Source of the DNA: a virus
Taxonomy: Duplodnaviria > Caudoviricetes
DNA: 64,000 bases
Direction: 5' to 3' (one strand)
IMG/VR virus record: IMGVR_UViG_2863283106_000001
Location: 48,519-112,518 of that record
Shown here: one piece after another, positions 57,363 to 64,000 of the stretch
Layout of the letters: every line of letters begins with the position of its first letter
Position numbering within the stretch: the stretch's first letter is position 1
The notes under the pieces: generated by a model
Databases searched by the model: none
What the model was told of the DNA's origin: nothing
Seen by the model: only the letters and a program-made list of their open reading frames with translations
Program-made: the position numbers and the translations under genes

Positions 57363-57436
57363 AATTTACATGGGTGTACTATTCGGGGTGTTGGTGGAGA
57401 GCAACCACCGACGGACCACAAAGCGAGGAAACCCTT
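57363..57436 (+). promoter_or_regulatory. ATTTACATGGGTGTACTATT promoter + AGAGCAA leader hairpin
   Basis: GTTGGTGG-AGAGCAA-CCACCGAC then CCACAAAGCGAGGA. Confidence 0.78.
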
Positions 57437-58195
57437 ATGTCTTCTGCCGTTTTTCCCGGCGTTCCCGCGCTCGCGGTGAATGCGTACTCCACGGCAACGC
57501 GCGCCGTGTCGACGTTCGTCCCCGGCAGCGCCGGCCAGCAGATGGCCGACGCGCTCGCCGAGTGGGGCGTGACCGTCCACCACGACGACGACGCCGGTAA
57601 CTCCTGGCTCCTCGTCAACCTGGACGGCGACGACTTCCCCGGCGTCGGCACGCCGCACCTGGTCGCCTACGTCTACGACTGGGAAGAGGACGCGCTGTTC
57701 GTCGACGAACCCTTGGAGGGCCGGGCTGCCACCTGGCGCGTGAACTTCAACAACGGCCGTGCCGAGGCGCCCGTGTTCACCGGCAAGCGGACCGACCCGG
57801 CCACCGACACCGCCCAGTGCGCCGCGTTCATCGCGGACTACCTCACCGCGCCCCCGGCCGCCACCGCTGACGGTGTGCTGCTGGACGAGCTGGAGACGTA
57901 CGGGATCACCGCCGAGCTCGACGCGTCGTGCTACCTCGTGCCGCTGCCCGCGGCCGCGGCCGACGGTACGGAGTACCTGACCATCTCCGGCAGCGACGAG
58001 ACGACCGTCGACCACCCGGCCGCGGAGCACCGGGGTTGGACCGTGTGGCGGCACTCCGCCAACGGGGAGCCGATCGGGGACGCGCTCCTGGAGCACCCCG
58101 GGACCGCCCTGGTGGACTGCGCGGCCCACTCCGTCCAGGTCGCCGAGACGGTCGCCGCCTACCTCTCCGCGCTCAGCGGCTCCCACCTGTCCTGA
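57437..58195 (+). CDS. Acidic hypothetical protein with two related halves
   Basis: LAEWGVT/LETYGIT and AAFIADYL/AETVAAYL pairs. Confidence 0.75.
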   Translation: MSSAVFPGVPALAVNAYSTATRAVSTFVPGSAGQQMADALAEWGVTVHHDDDAGNSWLLVNLDGDDFPGVGTPHLVAYVYDWEEDALFVDEPLEGRAATWRVNFNNGRAEAPVFTGKRTDPATDTAQCAAFIADYLTAPPAATADGVLLDELETYGITAELDASCYLVPLPAAAADGTEYLTISGSDETTVDHPAAEHRGWTVWRHSANGEPIGDALLEHPGTALVDCAAHSVQVAETVAAYLSALSGSHLS

Positions 58196-58270
58196 CACAG
58201 CTTGCCGGGGCGCGACGTTCCCTCATGCGCCCCGGCATCTTCCGCAACCCATGTCCCTGGAAGGACACCG

Positions 58271-58957
58271 ATGGACTCCGTCGACTTCACCCCGAAGGAC
58301 ATCCCCACCCTGCGCCGGGCCGCACGCTACCTGCGCCGCACGGAACTGGAGCTGCCGAACACCGCGCACCAGTTGACCCACGACGCCATCCTCATTTCCG
58401 CTCTGCGGCTGGACGGCAAGGCGGACGAGCTGGGCGCCGTCCCGCCCGCCGTCGACACCGCTCTCCTCGGCCACATCAGCCGCGACCGGATCGCCGCGCT
58501 GTCCGGCGAGGAACTCGACGCCTTCACCGAGGCGGTCGCCGCCGTGCGCGCCCTCATCGACGACGTACGCGACGAGCGGTCGCCGCGGTCCACGTGCGGC
58601 GGACTCCACGACCACGCCGGGCACACCTGGACCCTGTACGGCCGCCCCCGCTACTGCTGGGGTAACGGGCCGTTCCTGAACAAAAACGCCTACGGCAAGT
58701 GCGGGGCCCACTGGCCGCACCCGGCGCACGAGATGGGCCGCTACTACGAGCCGTGTCCGGGGGTGCTGGCCGAGCCCACGGACCAGCCGGCCCCGGCCGC
58801 GGACGGCACCAACGGCACGCCCGCCGTCGGGGGCCCGTCCCCGTTGTGCGGGACCCGCTGGCCGCACCCGGAGCACCGGATCGGCGCCTCCTACCGCAAT
58901 TGGTGCCCGGGGGTTCCGGACGCGCCGGAGCAGGACCCGGGCGACGCCGTCAAGTAG
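58271..58957 (+). CDS. Protein with three C-x5-H-x2-H-x(7-9)-C putative zinc fingers
   Basis: CGGLHDHAGH..C, CGAHWPHPAH..CPGV, CGTRWPHPEH..CPGV. Confidence 0.75.
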   Translation: MDSVDFTPKDIPTLRRAARYLRRTELELPNTAHQLTHDAILISALRLDGKADELGAVPPAVDTALLGHISRDRIAALSGEELDAFTEAVAAVRALIDDVRDERSPRSTCGGLHDHAGHTWTLYGRPRYCWGNGPFLNKNAYGKCGAHWPHPAHEMGRYYEPCPGVLAEPTDQPAPAADGTNGTPAVGGPSPLCGTRWPHPEHRIGASYRNWCPGVPDAPEQDPGDAVK

Positions 58958-59032
58958 CCCACCCCGGCCGGGCGCCCCGCGCGCCCGGCCCCCCGCTCAC
59001 CACCCGCCCGAGCCCCCGGCAGGAGTTGCGAG

Positions 59033-59308
59033 ATGACGCCGTACGAGCGCCTCATGGCCGAAGCCATCCCGACCGGCAGGTTCGGCCGCTCGGACGTCGA
59101 CAGCCAGGCGCGCAAGACGCCGGCCGCGACGTCGACGCCGGAGCAGCAGGCCGCGCGCCGCGCCGTCCTGGAAGAAGCCCAGCACGGTTGGCGCCTGCCG
59201 GACGAGCGCTCGCAGCGGAACCGTGAGCGCACCGCCGAGCGCAAGCGCGCCGCCCGCCCGCGTCACCTGCGCGTCGTGCCCGACCCGAACGACACCCGAG
59301 CCGCTTGA
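59033..59308 (+). CDS. Hypothetical protein (MTPYERLMAEAIPTGRFG)
   Basis: RBS AGGAG. Confidence 0.7.
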   Translation: MTPYERLMAEAIPTGRFGRSDVDSQARKTPAATSTPEQQAARRAVLEEAQHGWRLPDERSQRNRERTAERKRAARPRHLRVVPDPNDTRAA

Positions 59309-59524
59309 CCCTCACACGCCCAGGAAGGCACCGCCATGCGTTGGACCGTCACGCCCCGCCGCCGCAAGCCGAACTCCGGCCGCTGGAGGGCCGACCGCAC
59401 CGAGTTCGCCCGCCGCCGGCCGTGGCCGCTCGGGCTCCCCAGCCTGTCCGTCCCCCGCCCCGCCTGACCCCCCGATCACCGCCGCGGTGCACCACCCGGC
59501 GGCCCAACGAGAACGGAGCACCCC

Positions 59525-60142
59525 GTGCCCGAGCAGCTCACCTATCCGTACTGCTACACCGACGGCCAGAACCACCGTTTGAACCTGCGCACCGCGGTCG
59601 ACGGGAACGGAGAGCCGTACGTGTGGGTCGAGGCCGAGAACCTCGCCCACGGCGGCGACCAGGTGTCCATGTGGCTGACGATCGAGCAGGTCGCCGAGCT
59701 CGACGCCGCGCTCAACACCGGCAGCGAGTACCACGCCGCCGACCACACGGGCGACAGCCTCAGCGTGACGCCGAGCGCCCCCTGGACGACGTTCACCGTG
59801 ACCCGGCAGGCGAACGACGACGAGGAGTCCGCCACGGTGCCCGTCGTCGTCCTCACCGGCCGACTGCCGGAGCTGCGCGACGCGCTCGCCATGACCGCGC
59901 AGTTCGCGCAGCAGCGCATCGCCGCAGGAGCGCGGAAGCCGTACGTGCTCACCCCGGCCGAGCACGACCGGGCGTGGCACGCGATCGAGGGTGCCGCCGG
60001 CGAGCCGGGGGCCGACCCGGGCACGATCCTGCGGGCCGTCCTCGGCGCGCTCCAGATCCTGCCGCCCAGCGCCGAGGACTGGCAGGCCGCCCGTGAGGAA
60101 CTGCACGGCCGGGTGGGCAGGAAGCCGTCCCGTGGCGAGTGA
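59525..60142 (+). CDS. Hypothetical protein
   Basis: RBS GGAG. Confidence 0.7.
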   Translation: MPEQLTYPYCYTDGQNHRLNLRTAVDGNGEPYVWVEAENLAHGGDQVSMWLTIEQVAELDAALNTGSEYHAADHTGDSLSVTPSAPWTTFTVTRQANDDEESATVPVVVLTGRLPELRDALAMTAQFAQQRIAAGARKPYVLTPAEHDRAWHAIEGAAGEPGADPGTILRAVLGALQILPPSAEDWQAAREELHGRVGRKPSRGE

Positions 60143-60452
60143 GCCGGCCGCGGGCCGCGCGCTGGCCTGCCACTGGTGGGACGACGGGCACGGCGGCCGC
60201 TATCTGATCCCCGGGTGTCACGCGCGCGTGGAGAACCCCGACCTCGAGGTGTGCCACTGCCCCACGGTCGAGCAGCAGCTCGAGGCCGCGCGCCGCAAGG
60301 ACGCCGCGGCCGGCCGGACGCTGCGCGGTCTGCAGGCGTGGCATGACGCGATCGTGCGGGCCGTCTACGACCACCCCGACGGGCTCGCCATCATGAAGGC
60401 CGCCGCCGGCCTGGCCGAGCGTGGGTACGGCAGGAGGGCGTGCCGTGCGTAG
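60132..60452 (+). CDS. Hypothetical Cys-containing protein
   Basis: CHWW...IPGC...CHC. Confidence 0.6.
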   Translation: MASEPAAGRALACHWWDDGHGGRYLIPGCHARVENPDLEVCHCPTVEQQLEAARRKDAAAGRTLRGLQAWHDAIVRAVYDHPDGLAIMKAAAGLAERGYGRRACRA

Positions 60453-60945
60453 CGTCTCCCTGGACCGTGGCCGTGCCGAGCGTCGGGCCCAGCTCGAGGA
60501 GCTGCAGTTCGACGACCACTTCGCAATTTTCCGCGGCCGCCGGGAGCCGGTCGACCACTGGTCGGACCTGCTGTTCCAATCGACCTGGTGGCAGGACGCC
60601 GACCGGAACATCTGGCGCCTGGACGAGCTCGACACGATGCGGTGCAGCCGGATCTACGGGTTCATCGCCCAGCACGAGGACGAGACCGGAACGCGCTTGG
60701 CGTGGGAGTCGACCCACGGGCCCATGCCGCGAGGTGCTGTGGCGTTCGACGCGTATGAGCGCGGCCGGGCGCAGCTCCTGGAGATGGTCAGCGAGCGTGG
60801 GTGGATTCACCGCACTGACCTGATGGTCGCGCTGCAGCGCCGCATGCGGAGCCTGCCCGCGGTCGAGGGCACGTGCTTCTGCGGCTACCCCGTCGCCGGG
60901 GACTGGGATCACTCGGCGTGTCACGCCGGGATGGAGATTGCCTGA
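60445..60945 (+). CDS. Hypothetical protein
   Basis: RBS AGGAGG; C-terminal CFC...H..C. Confidence 0.65.
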   Translation: MRSVSLDRGRAERRAQLEELQFDDHFAIFRGRREPVDHWSDLLFQSTWWQDADRNIWRLDELDTMRCSRIYGFIAQHEDETGTRLAWESTHGPMPRGAVAFDAYERGRAQLLEMVSERGWIHRTDLMVALQRRMRSLPAVEGTCFCGYPVAGDWDHSACHAGMEIA

Positions 60946-61022
60946 CCGGCTGGGGGGTGCCGCCCGGCGGCCGCGCGATGGGGTGCGGCGGCCGGGCGGT
61001 ATGTTTCCCACCCCCAAGCATT

Positions 61023-61036
61023 GTAAAGAGCTTTAC
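61023..61036. promoter_or_regulatory. Palindromic operator GTAAAG-AG-CTTTAC in an AT-rich promoter
   Basis: Perfect inverted repeat upstream of TAAGGT and a leaderless ATG at 61058. Confidence 0.6.
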
Positions 61037-61057
61037 GATTACGGTAAGGTGCATTAC

Positions 61058-61849
61058 ATGACAGAGATTGCGTACACCGCGAACTACGTGACCCAGGAGC
61101 AGCTCCAGCGCGCCTATGCCCGACTCGGACACACCTCCCCCACCCCCAAGTGGGCGGCGACCTTGCTGATCCGGCCGAGCCTCACGATGGCGTGGGCGTG
61201 CCCCGTCCTCGCGTCGGACCGGACGGAGGAGCACCCGGCCCTGTACGACTGGCACGTCATCGCCGAGGCCGGTGAGCTGGACTGGCCCCCGCTCCGGCCC
61301 GAGGAGGACATCTGGCCGGCCCTGCTGGCGAAGGACCCGCTGCCCACCGGGGAGCGGGCCGAGCGTCAGGCGGCCATGCTCGGGCAGACCGTCGAGGAGA
61401 TGCACCACGCCGCGCTGCGCCGTCACTACCTGTCCGACGCGCACATCGGCGGGATGAAGCGGAACAAGACCGACGTCAACTTCGACCCGGTCGTGCGGGA
61501 CTGGGACGTCACCGCGCGCGAGCTCGCCCAGTTCCTCGACACCCACCGGCCCCCCAAGCTGACCGCGGAACAGCGGGTGATGGTGCAGGGCGTGCGCCTG
61601 GCCGAGTTGGAGGCGCAGGTGGCGGACGCCAAGGACAGCCTGGGCCAGCTGATGCGCAACGCCGCGCGCGAGCAGGGCGAGAGGCTGCGGCGCGGTTTCA
61701 AGGCGGACATGACGGCCTGGTCCGGGAAATCGCGCCCCACCGTGGACGCCTGGCTGGCGGACGCGGGTTGCTGCGAGGGGCCGGTGCCCGACGAGATGGA
61801 TGAGACCGCCGCCCGCATCCTCTACACCGACGAGGGGGAATCCCAGTGA
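61058..61849 (+). CDS. Protein with C-terminal HTH-like motif
   Basis: KADMTAWSGKSRPTVDAWL. Confidence 0.7.
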   Translation: MTEIAYTANYVTQEQLQRAYARLGHTSPTPKWAATLLIRPSLTMAWACPVLASDRTEEHPALYDWHVIAEAGELDWPPLRPEEDIWPALLAKDPLPTGERAERQAAMLGQTVEEMHHAALRRHYLSDAHIGGMKRNKTDVNFDPVVRDWDVTARELAQFLDTHRPPKLTAEQRVMVQGVRLAELEAQVADAKDSLGQLMRNAAREQGERLRRGFKADMTAWSGKSRPTVDAWLADAGCCEGPVPDEMDETAARILYTDEGESQ

Positions 61850-62574
61850 AGTACGACGTCACCCGCGCGTGCGGGCACCAGGAGCGGGTGGAGCTGACCG
61901 GCCCGACCAAGCGGCGCGAGTGGGCTCTTGAGCGGATGGAGCAGGGCGACTGCAGCGACTGCGTGGACGCCCAGCGTCAGAAGGAGAACGCGGAGAACGC
62001 CGCGGCGGCGCAGGCCGCCGGCTGGCCCGCGCTGACCGGCAGCGAGCGGCAAGTGGCGTGGGCGGAGACGATCCGCGCGGCCGCCGTCGTCAAGGTCCGC
62101 GAGTCCGCGACCTGGTGGCCGGAGAAGTACCCGGAGGTGACGGGGGACCCGGCCGGGATCATCGAGGCGGCGATGCTGGCCCAGACGTCCGCGTCCTGGT
62201 GGATCGACAACCGTGGTGGGGAGATCGCCGCGGCCGTCGCCCTGGCGGCCGCGGATGTCGCGCGCGCCCTGGGCATGTTGAAGCCGCTGGAGCGTGACGA
62301 CCTCGGGCCGCACGTCCTGGTTCGGCCGTTGATCGAGCTGCCCGTGCCGGCTTCGTACGGCATGCGCTCGACGGTCCGCGCGGCGTTGTGCTCGTGCGGC
62401 TGGCTACCGGAAAACCAGTGGGAGGCCGCCATGTCCGCGCGTGACCACATCGAGAGCCTCAGCGAGGAGGAGCGGGAAGCGATCCGCAGGGCGCACCCGC
62501 AGGACGAGCCGCACGCGTGCACGGAGGGCCTCGGGCTGCGCAAGTGCTTGATGCGGCCGTACCTCCGGCGGTAG
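61846..62574 (+). CDS. Phage/mobile-element hypothetical protein (CGH...CxxC; L.GSERQVAWA..IR motif)
   Basis: GTGA coupling; recognisable motif. Confidence 0.72.
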   Translation: MKYDVTRACGHQERVELTGPTKRREWALERMEQGDCSDCVDAQRQKENAENAAAAQAAGWPALTGSERQVAWAETIRAAAVVKVRESATWWPEKYPEVTGDPAGIIEAAMLAQTSASWWIDNRGGEIAAAVALAAADVARALGMLKPLERDDLGPHVLVRPLIELPVPASYGMRSTVRAALCSCGWLPENQWEAAMSARDHIESLSEEEREAIRRAHPQDEPHACTEGLGLRKCLMRPYLRR

Positions 62575-62643
62575 CCCCGTGGGGCGTCCGCCCCGGCATG
62601 ACCAAAGGCACCGCACCTGTCAGTGCGATGCGGAAGAGTGAGC

Positions 62644-62674
62644 GGGGCGGAACCAGGCGAATTGGTTCCGCCCC
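62644..62674. terminator. Stem-loop GGGGCGGAACCA / TGGTTCCGCCCC
   Basis: 12-bp perfect stem between genes. Confidence 0.55.
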
Positions 62675-62702
62675 GTACCAGTATCTACAGAGACGAGGAA
62701 GC

Positions 62703-63053
62703 GTGACCAGCGTTGACCCGGCCGAGGTGATTGTCGAGTCCCTCGGGCGCATGGCCGTCCGCGGGCGGACCTACCCGCGGCCGTTGCCCGATGAGTTGGC
62801 CCCGTGGCACTGCTATGTCTTGGACGGGGGGCACAGCATCCTCGCCGTCCTCGACGACGGCTCCCTGGGCGACGCCCCGCCCCGCCAGGCGCTGCTGGAC
62901 CGGCTGGTGCCCGCGCCGGTGCGGGCCGTGGAGCGGGCCGGCTGGCGGGTGGTCGACGGGTTCGTCCTCTCCCCGCTGCCGTACGACCCCGACATCGACC
63001 TGGTGGTCGAGAAGGAGGACGAGGAGTTCGACGGCGGCCGGGGAGGGATGTGA
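62703..63053 (+). CDS. Hypothetical protein
   Basis: RBS GAGGAA before GTG. Confidence 0.65.
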   Translation: MTSVDPAEVIVESLGRMAVRGRTYPRPLPDELAPWHCYVLDGGHSILAVLDDGSLGDAPPRQALLDRLVPAPVRAVERAGWRVVDGFVLSPLPYDPDIDLVVEKEDEEFDGGRGGM

Positions 63054-64000
63054 TGGGCAAGCCGGGCCGTGGCCTGATCCCCCAGGCCGGCGACGACGCC
63101 GAGAAGGTCACCGCGCTGGCCGTGAAGCGCACCCGGCGGTACCTCGCCGAGGTCCGCAAGCGGTACCCGGACGCGTTCGCTCAGCTCAACCGCATGGTGC
63201 GGCAGAAGGGCGCCCCGGGGATGCCGGACTGGCCGGACTGGTGCTGGCTGCCGATGGGCGCGTCGTACGCGGTTGCCTCCGGGGGCGGGCTCAACCGGCT
63301 CACGGCCACCGACCCGCGCACGGCGGACATGGGCCGGCTCGCGGCACTGGCGGCGTGGCGCCTGACGAAGGGGGTGTACTGGCTGGAGGCGGACGCCCAG
63401 GACCGACACATCCGCCGGCTGTGGAAGGCGCCGGGCGTGCCGGCCGACCCGGTGTTGCGCCAGGAGCGCTACACCGGCGGCATGCCGCAGCACTGCGTGT
63501 ACGTGGCGCTCCCCCAGAGGAACCGGCCGACGCAGGTGGGACCGTTGCCGTGGCCGCTGGGTGTGTTCATCCACCTCGAGCACGACGTGAACAACGGGCG
63601 GCCGGAGCTGCGGATCGTGGTGGACACGGACGGCACCTGGGAAGGGCTCGCCCCGCACCCCGTGATGCTCGACCGGCCGACGCTCCTGGCCTCCAGCCGT
63701 GAAGGGGCGCACGAGTCCCTCGCCACGGTGCTGCAGCACTTCCCCGGCCTGGGGGACAACGAGGACCCCGCGGAGGCGCTGGCGAAGTTCTCTCAGACGC
63801 TGCCGTTCCAGGTGTGGCCCGTCGTCGAGGCGGTCACGGACCCGGACGTAGTGATCAGCCGGTGGGACATGCCGGGCGAGCGGCCCGAGCGGGCCCGGCC
63901 GGTGCAGGACAGCGGCGGGCCGCGGTGGGAGCCGGCGAACGAGCCGGTCCGGTGGCGGGTGAGCCTGGAGGCTCCGCGCCCTGGGCTGCGCGCCATGTGA
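63053..64000 (+). CDS. AcrVA2/FinQ-like protein
   Basis: PDWPDWCWLPM, LAAWRLTKGVYWL, MPQHCVYV, GVFIHLE..NGRPELRIVVDTD match my recollection of AcrVA2-family motifs. Confidence 0.6.
   Translation: MGKPGRGLIPQAGDDAEKVTALAVKRTRRYLAEVRKRYPDAFAQLNRMVRQKGAPGMPDWPDWCWLPMGASYAVASGGGLNRLTATDPRTADMGRLAALAAWRLTKGVYWLEADAQDRHIRRLWKAPGVPADPVLRQERYTGGMPQHCVYVALPQRNRPTQVGPLPWPLGVFIHLEHDVNNGRPELRIVVDTDGTWEGLAPHPVMLDRPTLLASSREGAHESLATVLQHFPGLGDNEDPAEALAKFSQTLPFQVWPVVEAVTDPDVVISRWDMPGERPERARPVQDSGGPRWEPANEPVRWRVSLEAPRPGLRAM

Noticed and set aside
18190-57412. Repeated hairpins read as a CRISPR array or as terminators
   Set aside because: They are dispersed on both strands, always sit directly before an RBS, and have neither spacers nor U-tracts.

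Overview
High-GC (by eye ~70-73%) actinobacterial, Streptomyces-like DNA from a large phage-plasmid or prophage-type element. No housekeeping block, rRNA, tRNA or CRISPR array is visible. Packaging genes are dispersed: a terminase large subunit (29019-30815), a portal-MuF fusion (7277-9760), an HNH nuclease, and a >2200-aa polyvalent protein with a UvrD-like helicase that runs off the left edge and is absent from the ORF track. The window also holds a Streptomyces-type conjugation module (TraB/FtsK plus SpdD-like), two tyrosine-recombinase-like genes, an XRE/DUF397/HATPase cassette, and a divergent Ddl-like ATP-grasp + C39 peptidase + MurF-C-terminal-domain operon. Three probable DNA-modification functions are present (C5 methyltransferase, VUT transporter + DpdA/TGT-like, PAPS-reductase-like), as well as an AcrVA2/FinQ-like gene and many small hypothetical genes diverging from ~48850. 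The main sequence-level discoveries are: (1) about 13 copies of a 5' leader hairpin with covarying stems and a near-invariant AGAGC(A/G)(A) loop, followed by CCACGAA and an RBS; (2) a separate CGCGAC-N18/19-(-10) promoter class in front of packaging genes, mostly leaderless; (3) a catalytically dead paralog of the element's own terminase ATPase domain; (4) a shared E-[TV]-K motif in head-associated proteins and QxxLF clamp-like motifs in several proteins. All family assignments come from motif recognition by eye; no database search was run.
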